A stretch of 64,000 bases of DNA from Nymphaea colorata. Lineage: Eukaryota. Below the pieces are notes generated by a model. It saw nothing but the letters and a program-made list of their open reading frames with translations. It had not been told where the DNA came from and did not search any database. Made by a program: the position numbers and the translations under genes. The stretch lies in the NCBI RefSeq assembly GCF_008831285.2, contig NC_045138.2, positions 34,968,001-35,032,000 on the forward strand. The letters run 5' to 3'. Positions 25,825 through 38,233 of this stretch are shown here, in pieces; positions within the stretch are counted from its first letter, which is position 1, and every line of letters begins with the position of its first letter.

Positions 25825-27655
25825 CAATGTTGTAAGGCACACACCTCATGCAAAAAAATTGTGACTAGAGGCATTTTTTCCAAAAAACCTTGAGGCACAT
25901 GCCTCATGGACGGAGCACTGATATAATTTTTTTATTTTAAAAAATGCAAAACTGGTCGGGCAGGGGAAGGCCCCACCTGATGGTGTCCATTATTCACCAT
26001 TCATGTTGAATAGTGAATACACAAAGCCACCCTAATCCTTTTCAAACAATCCCTAACCCCCTTCTCTTGATCCTTAATCCCCATTGCATCCTTCACCGGC
26101 AAATTTGGAGTGGAGGCTGAAACTGCTGCTAGTGGAGCCACCACCGGATTCATACCTCCCAGCCGCCCTCCTCTCTCTGTGTGGCCATGGCCGGTGCTGG
26201 CCATGGCAACCCTCTCTCACTCTCACGGTGGCCATGGCCCATAAAGAATTTGACCCATAAACTATCTTTCCTCATGCTTCTCAGTATTGCAATTTGTCCT
26301 TTAAGCTGCAAGTTTTTCAGATATGTCGCCACCGACAAGCTTGGATGCATCTGCATAACAACATAAGGTTAATCTTTAATAATGACCTCAATCTGCCCTT
26401 CGTCAGCAGTACAAATTGTAGGATGGCTGGCTGTGACCCTTGTGTTCACACTAGAGAGGAACACAGATGACTACATCAAATAAAAAGATAATAATAAGCC
26501 CATATTTACAGAAGAGCAGTAATTATGAAACTAGGGAAACATATCCTAGGAATCTAACGTGAATTGCATAGTTCACTCTTGTATGAAGATAAAACAATTT
26601 GTAGTAACTTCCAAAATATTATTTACATAGTGTGGAGAGAGAGAGAGAGAGAAAGGCTAATTCTGCAGTAGGTGTATACAAGCACTTATTGCCAAAGGAG
26701 TGCATTTTATATGGTTAAGTTTGCCCTTTGAGAAGATTAGAATAGTAATTCCTATCAGGATGAAACAAAACAGAAGTGAAACTGCTCCTTTCCTGAACTT
26801 GAGTTCTTTATCGTCGTTTATTTTTAACTCATGATAAAATTACGAGATGTCTGATTACATTCATATTTTCATGATACTATGCTGGATAAAATCAAGTTAT
26901 GATGGAAAAACAAAAAAATGCTCAAGTTCTTATTTCTTTCTTTCATTTAACTGCCTAAATTACATAGGAAACAGGCGGTTGCATGAAAGAAATTCAAACT
27001 TAAAGCATTTGTTATGTTACCAATACTTGAGCATGCTTTTTGTTAAAAAAAAAAAAGGTTGGTGGAATTCTAAAATTAAAACTGTCAAATTTTGTGAGGA
27101 CAAGAGAAATGAAGCTGCAAGCTTTCTTTAAGAATTTGTTATTCAACTCAAGGGAGACAAACTTTTGCTCACAGGTGAGATTTGGAAAATTAGAACATGG
27201 AACATGCACCTTCAGTCTCAATTATCCTACACTTTGAGCAGCATAGTATGAAATCTACAGAATGGTGAATCTGCCCATACCTGAATGTGTTCAGATCTTC
27301 AATTGCTTGCAACTTCGCTGAGCTTTTTGTACATATGCATGTTTCAATATGCTTATATTATTGTTCAGCAATACTTGTTCTCTTGGTTGATATTATTATC
27401 GTTAGAAGTTAGAACATTTTAATTTTTAAGTGTTTAGGACAGATGTTTGGATTTGCAAATTGTTGTGGTTTGCACACGTTTTGTATTGTTCTTTATTGGT
27501 ATGCTTAGTATTGTAGTTATTTTTTCAATTTTATCATTATTTTTATAAATATTATATAATTCACAAATTTGTCCATGAAGCTTATGCTTCAATTAATTCC
27601 TTGCCTCACTGGAGGCTCAACACCTCGGCTCATGTTATCGCCTTTTACACCATTG
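25825..27655. mobile_element. Non-autonomous hAT-type DNA transposon, 1831 bp, with 8-bp target-site duplication
   Basis: Termini caatgttgtaaggc... and ...gccttttacaccattg are imperfect inverted repeats; gaggc/gcctc subterminal motifs at both ends; identical GTTAAAGA at 25817-25824 and 27656-27663. No transposase seen. Confidence 0.88.
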
Positions 27656-28363
27656 GTTAAAGACTCTGATTCCCCAGTCTATCTTCTGCTGGCATATACA
27701 TGAATCTTTCTAAATCTAGATAACAAATATATTGATTCCTTTTCTTTTGAGAAATTTGAATATTGAAGATGTAAACAAAAGGGGCAGAAGTATCAGATAA
27801 CAAACTTGAGTTTTTTGTTGTCATGTCGAGCTGGGTTTGCTCCTGATTTTGTCAAACGTGTGAACTTAGCTCTAAAGTGAAGTACTGGAACATGGGCTCC
27901 AACTCATACACCTTCTGTAATTAGAGGATGTAACTCTTTATATGATGCATGGTCAGCACTGGTGACTGTCGAATAGGTTTTGGTGCTTATGCATGGGATA
28001 ATGTAGTAATATTGGTGATGTGGTTCTTTCTGAAAGAAATCTGCTACGGGCAAATTGTTTGTGTTTGCACCATGATCACATAGGCAAGCATGATAAATTG
28101 ATTAATACATAATGATTTTTATGCTGCAAATGCTATATTTTTTCAAGAAGTTTGATGTACCTATTTTACATGTGCTGGATATCTCGAGATACTTACAATA
28201 CGTGGTTCCTCAGAGAGTTTGATGCTGGTGTAATCTCACTTCTACATGGTTTAGAGCCTCTGGGATTTATTATGTGAATTAGATGGAAATTTTAGATCTC
28301 TTTTCATCATGTTGCTTGACCACTGATGAAGAGGAATTATAACAGTTTGTGTAATTGTTGTAG

Positions 28364-29048
28364 TTGTGAAGCCATTAGTTTTGGATGGAACTGCCAAATC
28401 CCATGAACTGTTTCTTGCTTATGATCATATTTCACTGTCAAAGCTTGAACAACCATTGGTTCTGCAGAAGTTTGTGAACCATGGTGAGACCAACTTTGCA
28501 TCTTACTTTTTCTGAAGGTAGCAATTATTGTTGACATTTACTATGAGAATCACATTTGGATTTGCTGTTGAATGTGGATGAAGGTGGTGTACTTTTTAAA
28601 GTCTACGTTGTTGGGGAGACCTTTAAGGTTGTGGGATGCTTTTCCTTGCCAGATGTCGAGAACTCTGAACAGTCACATAATGTTGGACTTGTTCCGCTTC
28701 CAAGGGTTTCTTTTACTTCAGCTTCAACTGTTGGTGCTTATTTGGATCCACACGTTGCAGGTTAGAGCATTGCATCTGTTCTTAGAAACAATTATTTCCT
28801 TTTTGTCCTGCCCTTCATGAGAAACATGTGCATAATTTAGATTCCATTTCTCAACTGTAGATCTTTCTCCATTTCCACTGATTGAGAAACTTGCAGGAGA
28901 ACTCCGCCAGAGGTTGGTAAGTGTTATATGTGCTATTATGGTGACAACTTACCATTGAAACAAGGTCTCCTACTGTTCAATATTGACATAATCCGAGAGC
29001 ATGGTTCTGGAGACAACTTTTACGTCATTGACATTAACTACTTCCCTG
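28364..29048 (+). pseudogene. ITPK: Four-exon fragment of an inositol-tetrakisphosphate 1-kinase (ATP-grasp) gene, disabled
   Basis: Exons 28364-28483 VKPLVLDGTAKSHELFLAYDHISLSKLEQPLVLQKFVNH; 28584-28760 GGVLFKVYVVGETFKVVGCFSLPDV...LDPHVA; 28861-28916 [19 protein letters not shown]; 28964-29048 [29 protein letters not shown]. Lesions: QEFVNH>QKFVNH, VVRRFSLP>VVGCFSLP, last acceptor is CAA in a 47-nt intron; flanking exons not found. Confidence 0.93.
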
Positions 29049-29385
29049 GTACTACCAAGGTTAATGTGATGTGCAAAATCTGCCTTTGACATGACTCAAT
29101 AATTTAGTCAATATGCTTATTTTCCTTTCCATAAGGTCATCACCTGTATGTTCCATAGGCCTGTGTTGGGCTTCCCAAGTTGCCTTTTGCTCCTATACCT
29201 GTATCCCCTTTTCTGTTTATATAAGTATCCCCTTTTCTGTTTATATAAGCAAGTACATCTGAACATTGAAGGTAATATGTACTCTGTAGTATTAGTTACT
29301 CAACAGTACATTGAGCCACATGAAGTCATTAGTTCCAGAGATGGCCATAATGATGGCTTTGGCCAACTTTCATTACAGCTGTCCA

Positions 29386-30553
29386 TGTCACAACCCAAGT
29401 TTTGACACCAATCTTTTTTTTGTTTTTCCTAGATATGATAGAGATGAACAGCGAGTCTTAAAAAGTAAATCAAATCCTGAGTAATGACCAAACAAAGCAG
29501 ACCCAAAACGAAGAAGGACAACATCCCAAAGAACCAAGTAGAGCCCAAACAAAAGACTACATCGACTCAATTGACAATAACCACAAAAATACAAGACTCG
29601 ACTCAATGCTTAGATCGCTAATGCCCGTCCGTTGCAAAACTGAAGGAGTCAAAAAGCCACCAGTCAATCAAGAGCTACTTGTAGAGGTAGAAGGGAAAGG
29701 GTCAAAAGGCTTTGGGTATGGAAATATCCAATCATAGGTGGAGAGTAGTTCGGCAAAATAGATATATAATTACATCAAAACAGAATTAGTATACAGCTCA
29801 GGACTACTACCCATAAGTTGTAGGTTTCATGCCATACCATGGGCTATAGCTTGCCAAACATAGTAACACCATCCATTTTGGGTTACAAAGTTACAGCAAC
29901 AATCCAACTGGCTAGTAAGTATGGTCATCATGACAAGCATTAGCAGAAAATCCTTGTGGGCACAATCATAGGCAAAACGGAACCAAACCAAGTGGTTCAC
30001 ACAGACTGATGGTAAAGCCTCTTGAGACATCCTAGATCGCCACTGCAGCAGTAGGGCTTAACCACCCAGCCTTAACCCAAGTGGTAAACCAACCCCTCTA
30101 GGCACCTAGGTTGAGGGACCAGGAGATGCCTTGCTCTCCAAAAGTAACATAAACAGAAGTTCAGGTCTTCATGCCGCCCAATACCCTGTGGGTAGTCCAC
30201 TGCAGACGGAGAAGTGGCCAGCCACAGTCAGCTCAAGCCACACCAACACCTCCTGGGACAAAACCATCCACTGGACCCCAGCTCATACTCCCATGTATAA
30301 TTATCGTAGTCGATGTTCCTTTATGCATATAAGGTTTACACCACTGAGCTTATTCTGGTAATCTCACGGAGTCCAACCTAGTGTACGATTTCCAAAGGCT
30401 AAACAATTGCCATGCCAACAATCCCGAGTAGGACTAGGATGCACCAACATAAAACACACATAAGAAGTCACTCGTGCACAATTCCTGTCAACCTTTCAAT
30501 GTGCAAGCCTTTATACATACCATGTGCACACTCAACCCATAAGGGTGTAGGCA
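29386..30553. mobile_element. Probable LTR remnant (Ty3/gypsy-like) truncating the ITPK fragment region
   Basis: Starts TGTCACAACCC, a common gypsy LTR terminus; composition shifts to C/A-rich; possible other end aagggtgtaggca; no TSD found, so the right boundary is uncertain. Confidence 0.5.
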
Positions 30554-30867
30554 AATATATGTATATATTTCCTTCAATCATAATGTAATGTATTTATTAT
30601 TTTTCTACTTTCAAATTTTCAATATAAGCTTAGACTTATATAATGAATGTAGAACAGCTACATACCATGACATGGTACCATGCTGGTCATGAAGCTCACC
30701 TGGATGACCAGATCTTTGTTTCTGCACTTGTTGTATATGCGCTTGCATCAAAATATACATAAATATACCAATAGGGATGTAGTTATGTTGTGGGGGAAGA
30801 AATCTACATGCATCTTCACTTTACTTAGAAGATGGCTAAGTTGTCCAATATTACACTTTCTTTATCA

Positions 30868-30932
30868 CCCATCAAATGCATCTGTTTGGCTGTTATTGAG
30901 TTCGCTTCTTGACAAATCATCAGTAGTCCCCC
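30868..30932 (-). pseudogene. PATROL1: 5' half of a later PATROL1 exon
   Basis: tag|GTTDDLSRSELNNSQTDAFDG then breaks off; resembles the segment preceding FDGSRKDINAAIDRICEFTG in plant unc-13 homologs (from recall). Confidence 0.6.
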
Positions 30933-31509
30933 CTAGATGAAAGTGAATAAGAATATTATGTAAAATAAACAAACAAAATTGACGGAAAAAAAAATCATCA
31001 TTTGAAACATCATGCATACAACTTGTATTTGGGTGCAGCAAAGAACAATGCAAACTTGAGGTGACTGTTGAATGCGCATCCAACTCCTTTGTGCAATACA
31101 ACATGCAGATGACATGCTAAAACATGAAATATAAATATCAAAACTTCCTTAAAACTAAAAACTGGCTGCACCATAATAAATAGCTAGTTGAACCATCACC
31201 AGTTGGCACTCAGCAGCTAATTGGAGCTAATGATGGTCTCAAGTAAGCTATCTAAATAGCAGAACAAAAAAAGACGAGAGAACTGGTCCTTCCCCCCACC
31301 CCCACTCCTCCCCACCTTTATTCCATTTTTCACAGCAGAACAAAATGTCCATGTTTACATTCTATTTGAGATGTGATGTGTCCAGAAGCTAATCACTTCC
31401 CAGATAATTCACTTAGAAGCTGGAGAGAATAATAAAAGCATGATTGCAACGGGCAGAACTGAAGGTGACAAACAGGTGCAGTAAAGCATTAAGCAAGAAT
31501 CAAGCTCAC

Positions 31510-31627
31510 CTATCTGGGCAACAACATTCCTTGTGTAAAGTTAAAATGCATTATCAAGACCATAGAAGAAGCTATTCAATTCTGCGAGCCTCATAGGCGC
31601 TTTCAAGGCAAAAAACTGATCAACCGC
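31510..31627 (-). pseudogene. PATROL1: PATROL1 / unc-13 homolog exon with premature stop
   Basis: tag|AVDQFFALKAPMRLAELNSFFYGLDNAF*LYTRNVVAQI|gtgag; in-frame TAA where Q is expected. Confidence 0.88.
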
Positions 31628-31841
31628 CTACTCGTTAAGAAAAGAAAAAGGTAGAAGACATGAGGACATGAAAAGTTCTCTCTCATAAAGCATGAAGTAA
31701 GCAGAACCAACATTGTATGTCAAGAAAGAATATGAAAATCCACAAGTGTTGGCAAAGAACATTCAAGAGCACACAAGTCAAACATAGGAGAAAATGATTA
31801 AACAGCTGCAAGCTGTCACCCAGAGGAAAACCTGCTGGAAG

Positions 31842-31931
31842 CCAGGGAGTTGATTCTTTCCATTAGAATAGGTCCGGTATCAAAATCCAGGGAGTTGATT
31901 CTTTCCATTAGAATAGGTCCGGTATCAAAAT
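31842..31931 (+). repeat. Perfect 45-bp tandem duplication
   Basis: ccagggagttgattctttccattagaataggtccggtatcaaaat x2. Confidence 0.97.
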
Positions 31932-33051
31932 GAACTGATGAAAACAGATCAAACGTTCATTAGTAAGACATGGTAACTTTAGTATACATAAGTGTTAGAG
32001 GCACCCAAAGATGCGCCTGCATGACAATCCCATGCAGCAGTTCGACGACAAAAAGAAGATACGTGAAAGATTCACCTCTACTTTCAACATATCAAGGAAT
32101 AGAATAGAAACATCAATCCCATGACCAAAATCAGCTACAAGTTTTTTTTATATTTTTAGCCACTTCAATACATGCATCATGAGCAATACAAACTGGACCT
32201 AGTTGTGGGGTATTATTGATAACAAGACCATTGCATCAATACACTTCAAATGCCAGTAACTTTAGAAGAAAAAAAAAATAATTTGACTAAATGTAAGGTT
32301 GAAATGCTGAATTTAGGACTGCTAAGCATTGCCAATAAAGGACAACCTTTAACAAGAGAAACATGAAAGTTCCAAAATAATCAAGGCAAGCTTTGGAAAA
32401 GGTGTTTCGCAGTGAAGGAAACCTAAATTCTTTTCAGAAATTCTCAAGAACACACCAAAATATTTAAAAATAATAAAAAACATGCCTAATGCTATTCATC
32501 AAACCAGAGTTTTTGCCCTGTTAATAAGAAAGGCCTCCTGTTAATTGAACCATAGCTTGTTCATTAATTACATTAGGTTAATGAGATCAAATTATTAAAT
32601 AGCATCCATGTAAACAATAAATTTACAACCGACCACTCAACCTTTGGGCAATAACAAATGGATCATCATTTTTTGCACCACAATAAATAGGCTGTCTTCT
32701 TATAAAAAAGACATTAAAATATATACATAATTTGCCATTTTAACCTTTCTTTAAATTTATTTTTAGAAAATAAAATTTAAATTAAAAAATCACCAGCTGC
32801 AATGGGAGACGGTGGCCATCCATAGATCTCCACCAGATGCTGAGGATTGGGGCGGCAACATCCAATTCCTAGATGCCGCTGCTCTGATCCTTACCATCCA
32901 GCCAAGGTTGACAGTTGACAGGTGGCTGCTCCTCATTCTTGGAGATTTAGCTAAGTGCAGTGTCTATTTTCTGCCAATATTCATTTGCTTTCTCTTCTTC
33001 TCTTTCTCCATTTTCACTTCTTGTGGTTAATGTGTGCTGCAATACTTTCAG

Positions 33052-33123
33052 AAATGGGAACCTTTATCACCTCAACAGCACCATGGGAGTTCAATTGTTG
33101 AAGTATATCAGATCATAGAGGAG
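33052..33123 (+). pseudogene. PATROL1: PATROL1 / unc-13 homolog exon, inverted relative to its neighbours
   Basis: cag|KWEPLSPQQHHGSSIVEVYQIIEE|gtatat, 72 bp, phase 0 at both ends; it is the peptide that joins ...IQQE to AVDQFFALK..., but it lies on the opposite strand. Confidence 0.88.
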
Positions 33124-33346
33124 GTATATGCACAGTTACCCTTGTGTGTGTATGTGCATGCACACATGTGCATGTATACATGTGTGCTATGTGTGATGGA
33201 TATTCCAATTTACAATACCTACAAATAAGAAAGGTGCATTGTTGAAATACTAGAGACATTCGTCTTGGGTTGACTAAAGATCTCAAAAAAGCGGTAAAGT
33301 GTCGCATTGATTAGATTCAATAAAGAGTTAGTATACTGCAACTCAC

Positions 33347-33444
33347 CTCCTGCTGAATTGTTCTTTCAACCCACCCTAAAATCCTTCCCATCTGGGAGTT
33401 TACCCAGCCCAACGCATTACCAGCATTCCTGATATTGATTCGAC
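33347..33444 (-). pseudogene. PATROL1: PATROL1 / unc-13 homolog exon with frameshift
   Basis: tag|VESISGMLVMRW..VNSQMGRILGWVERTIQQE|gtgag; 98 bp instead of 93 because of a 5-bp duplication-like insertion (TGGGCTGGG). Confidence 0.88.
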
Positions 33445-33482
33445 CTACAAGCACATGCAAAAACCAAGGTTAGAAGGCATAC

Positions 33483-33901
33483 AAAATAGCTCATAAATCA
33501 TCAGTTTAAATCATAAGCTAGAGTGCTCGTGTTGTGAAAATGATATGTCCTTCATTTACCCTCAGTACCATACAAGCATCAGGATGCATTTCGCATCAAT
33601 ATTGTTGAATCTCTAGAAGGGATGCCTTTCAATTTCCAAAATATGAACATAAAGGAACCATTCTTCACGTCTTAGAAAATCGAAAAGAGGAGTAGATATT
33701 GACCCAAGGATTGCACATCCACGAAAGATCACTGCATTCAATTCCTCTGAGTTCAGCCTAAATGTCATTCATCTCTTGGCACACCTTTTTTTCTTTCTTG
33801 CTTTTGATTTTTTTTTAGGCTGACCTTCACCTTTGAGGGAATACCTCACCACCCCAAAGGGCAAAGACTACTAGGGAGCTCTACCGCTTTGGTGGTGATG
33901 T
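33483..33901 (-). repeat. Inverted, diverged copy of unit segment ~6350-6810
   Basis: gaccttcacctttgagggaatacctcaccaccccaaagg is the reverse complement (one mismatch) of cctttggggtggtgagggattccctcaaaggtgaaggtc; tgatatgtccttcatttaccctca pairs with tgagggtaaatgaaggacatatca. Confidence 0.92.
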
Positions 33902-35759
33902 GAATCTCACCGTTGTTCATTAAGATCCATGGTGCTCCCAGATCTACAGCGAAAGAGACACACTCTTATTGATAGACTGAGCTTTGCTTTGAATCTATTT
34001 AATTTTAACTCTTGCTCAACAAACATATGCTGGTTCGACAGTTTTATTCTTGATGCTTGTATGGCTATTTTCTCTCCTTTCTAGATTTCTTGGTTATTCG
34101 TATTTTAGATGCAACGGATGCCTAGAACATGACAAGGCTTTCTTCATGCACTCAATGGTAGACTTGGGAAAAGGATGAACATCCTCTCGGTGCCACTAGA
34201 ACTAGTGTGTTGTATTTCACAGTCAGATTTTTTCTGACAAAAAATCATATCTAAAATGGCAGAAAAGGCAGGTTTGTGGTCTGTAGATTCTTCATGCTGT
34301 AGTTGTGAGATTTTCTTTTCCAATCTAGGAGTGAACTTTTGCTTTTTCTGTTTTTCTTTAGTAGTTAAATATACTACAAGAGGACTTCTACACCATCCTG
34401 CGATGCCATATGTTGAGTCAGACTGTCCTTTTGGCAAAGATTGAAGAATCTGAGGTATTGCCCCTGCACTTGCTGAAAGGCCTGCAGGTGGTGATCTTAT
34501 AGGTGATGTCTATCACTAGGCAGATGGTTACCATCTTAATGTCAAATTATATGAGAAGCTGCTATTTAGTGTTCTTGTCATATTGGACGAGTGAAATTGT
34601 TGGCAACGGTTAGCTAGGGGATACATTAATTTGTCTGTCAAGCGAAATGAATTGTGGGGAGAAAATTTATTTTTACAAGGATGGATTGTTAAGAATGGTG
34701 CGGAGCACCAACGGTCACGTTTTTGGCCCCCTTTGAATGATTGAGGGAACAAACGAGGTTTTGCACATAAATCAGGTTTTTTGAGAAATTAGATTTGCAA
34801 ATAACTTGAACTTAACTCTTTCTTTTTGAATTTCAAAATTTGGGTTTGCAAACAAAAAAGAAAGGTAGACCCTAGTCAATTCAGTTTCTATTTTATATAT
34901 TGGCAGTCTATAAAAGAAAGGTAGATCCTTTTCCTGCGTTTTGGTGAAGGTTGTGCAAATTGGTATAGGCATGATATCATTCTGATCGACTGGTGGCCGG
35001 AAAATGGTGGAGCTTCTCCCCCACCGTGAAGTGAATTAGATGGAAAGGGTGAAAACATTGCCCTCTCTCCCTGAAGTTTCAGAAACCTGATCTTCTTATC
35101 ATATCAGCTAAGAGAACGGGAAAGTATGATTTTATATAAAAAATTGGTTTGACTCTTCAAACCAAAATTTCAACCTGATTCCAGATGCGTTAGGCCTTTT
35201 CAAACCTCACGTAATCACTTAAAGGTAATAACATAATCAAAGTTCATTTAGCCTAAGATGAAAATCTTTTGCCTACCCAAACCTGGACCTACTTGTAATT
35301 CAATTCCCGCATGGGACTTTGTGCAAAGCCTAGTTTACCTTAATAACAGTAATAATATCAAAATGTGACCAGACCAAGTCAAATTCAATGTAAAATTAAA
35401 ATGGGTTTACTCAGTTTTCTCCATATTCTCTTTCATATATGATTATATTTCAGTACAATGAGTTAAATTTATGTACCATAAGGCCTCGATTTGAAGCTTT
35501 TGAGTATTTTCAAACCTAAATAATCAATTACTTGGACATTAGGGATATGATATGATTTATGCAATCAATATTGCTCCTTATCCAAGCATATCCGCTGATA
35601 ATTAAGCATTGTATTAGCCCCTATTGATATGATAAAAGACAGTACTAGTTCTTTTTTATTATTTATCTTTTTGTTTGTCATTGAATTTGAAATATTTTGG
35701 ATTTTTTTTCAACTTATGAAGCAAAAAAAAAAAAAGGTGATAGGCTTTAATCTTATTTA

Positions 35760-35990
35760 ACAAAACATTTCTGCCTTAATCTTATACATTTTTTCACGAC
35801 ACTAATTGCTATGATGGTCCGGTGGCAAGATTTTCTATGGAAAGGGGACTCCCAACGAGGAAAGTGCCTTGGAAATTTTCTTTGGTGACTTGGGAAAGGT
35901 TTTGTATGGCCTTATTAATCGCTACTTTATGAACTTTATAATCGATCTGCAGTTATCTTGGAAGATCTCATGTGGTTCTTTTATGGTAGG
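35760..35990 (+). mobile_element. Short degenerate LINE ORF2 fragment
   Basis: QDFLWKGDSQRGK followed in another frame by KFSLVTWERFCM, matching the FLWxG...LVxWxxVC motif of plant L1 ORF2. Confidence 0.5.
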
Positions 35991-37446
35991 ATGAAGATGT
36001 CGTTGAGTTGAAGTTGGGTTCTCGTGCGTGTCTTACAGAGTGTTAAAAAGGTTTTTTTGAGAGCTATCATTGGTTAAAGGTTATCAGAACTCCTATATTC
36101 GTCTACTACTAAGGCTTGTTGACATGATGCCGAACTGAGGCAATTATTAGAGACTGGAACTTTTGGAAAATCCGGTGTCTGATCAGTGGGTGTTATAAAA
36201 AGTGGTGCACCTTAAGTACTTAAATTCTTTACTATTTCAACGAGAGAGGACCTTAGCTTGAGTTCAAATACCTAAGGAAGTCGGTCAATACTAGTTATAT
36301 ATTTTATTCTTTTACATGTTTCGATGGCTGAAATGACAAAAATGCCTTCAAAAACATAGAAAGGAACTCCATCTAAAGAAAAAATTGGAAGGAGAGTTCT
36401 CTTTTCATTACCATCAGGAACAAACGTAGCCGAGCTCTACAGATTTTATTGCACATTCTCTGATGTGGATCTGGCATGGCATATTTTAACTGATGTAGCA
36501 AAAGGTCTTTTATAAAATCTATTCATCATAAGATAGACCTTAGATCCAGATTTATGATTATATAGGAAAAAGGTTGGTTGGATCTAAAATCGAAGGGGGT
36601 GGGTCTGATCTGGTTTTCAAATTCTGATGATCTCGAAACGCCTACTAAGACATAATGATCTCGGAACGCGAAACGCCTACTAAGACATTGGACAATGTAG
36701 GGAAATTCCTGCATGCACCTTTCACAAAGTTAGTGGATTCGCTTCAGAATTGGCCGAGATTTTGAGAAAATTTCAGGATAATGAAGGATTGAGATAATTA
36801 TCACTATAGTTTATAATTATAATAGCATATTTGCTCGTCATGATTACATTAAAGGAGCAATGGTATCAACTAAACTAACCAATGTTGTTTCTGATCCACT
36901 AATGGTGCGGTTTCGGTAAGACCGGCCTGTTTAGTTAATCGATTAGATATAATGATCGGTAAATTAACAAGCATACATAAACCAAAGTCAGTGTGAACAA
37001 AGTACAAAAACACTATTAGATTAGTTAGCAAACTTTGTGAATCACAAGATCAATCTAGGACGTTCAAAGCATTTGGATCCCCGCTTATTAAAGCGCCCAA
37101 TGAAGTTTGAAATGCGACCCATATGGAAATTAAGGTGAAATTAATATTGACCTGATAGATCTATTAATTGCGTGTTGATCCAGGAAGAAATTCATTAATA
37201 AGAGTCTGTTTCAAGAGTTTTTACCTTCTTTTCATTAATTCAATCGCCTCCCTTTTTTTGGCCACCCACCAAAATCGATCTGACTTCTTCCCAAAGGGTT
37301 CTCTCTCGTGTGGATGAGAAAATGAGTTGGATACGAATGGGCATTTATTTGGTATTGAATTCTCTCCTTGTTATACACAGCAGATTCAACGTTTCTTTCC
37401 TTTCTATCACACCTTCCTATTTTAAAACGAATGAACTAATTATGGG

Positions 37447-37770
37447 TAGCGATGTCAACAAAAATTGTTCCCTACCTCATTTACCGGATTCGGAATAATT
37501 TAAATTCAAAATAGACTCTAATTCAAATGCAAATGGAAAAAAAGGTTTTCATATGTATACGTTCATACCATATCTGAATTCGATTCATAATTTGAACCCT
37601 ATTCTAAATTTCAATCCAAATCCAAACCACATTATGATATGTTAACAACAGAGACTTTCAATATGTGTGAACTTTGCTTACTTTATTTATTTAAATATAA
37701 ATCCGATTCGGATGGATGGTAAGCATAAATTCGGTTGCAATGTAAAACCAATCTGATTTCCTTTTGTACC
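37447..37770. mobile_element. Possible degenerate MITE with ggattcgg/aatccga motifs
   Basis: Begins agcgatgtcaa; scattered ggattcgga, aatccgattcggat, aattcgg motifs; no TIR pair or TSD confirmed. Confidence 0.3.
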
Positions 37771-38233
37771 ATGTTTGAACGGGAGGAAATTCCTTGCAGC
37801 AATAGGAATAAAATTTTTTCGTGCCCATCAAAAGTTAGATTAAAAAAAATATATCCGTTGGTTCCATTTCTGTAAACATATTTTAGGAAATAACGGGAGT
37901 GGGACGAAATAGAAAGCCCATTTGGGCTTGGATCTGCTAAATGCTCTGGCGGGAGGCTGAGGTCAAGCTGGCCCACCTTGAACTAGTTTCGTATTCAGAC
38001 CTAATCATGGTGAGATGTAATCAAAATACTAGAGGCATGCTGTCGGGAAAACCTTCTTTTTATGCTGAAGTTGTTGCTCTATGGAGGCCATGTTCATGTC
38101 TTTGTGATGTTCATTGATTTTGTTGTGATAGTTCTTAAGACATTTCCTTTGAATATGTGCCCTTGGGTTTTCCTCACAATTTTGTATGGTTCTTTTTCAA
38201 ATTTGAGCTATCAATTGTATTATTTTGGGAGGC

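Noticed and set aside
36186..36212. gggtgttata followed by aagtggtgcacc as an LTR end plus PBS
   Set aside because: No terminal CA and only a weak PBS match; no second LTR found.
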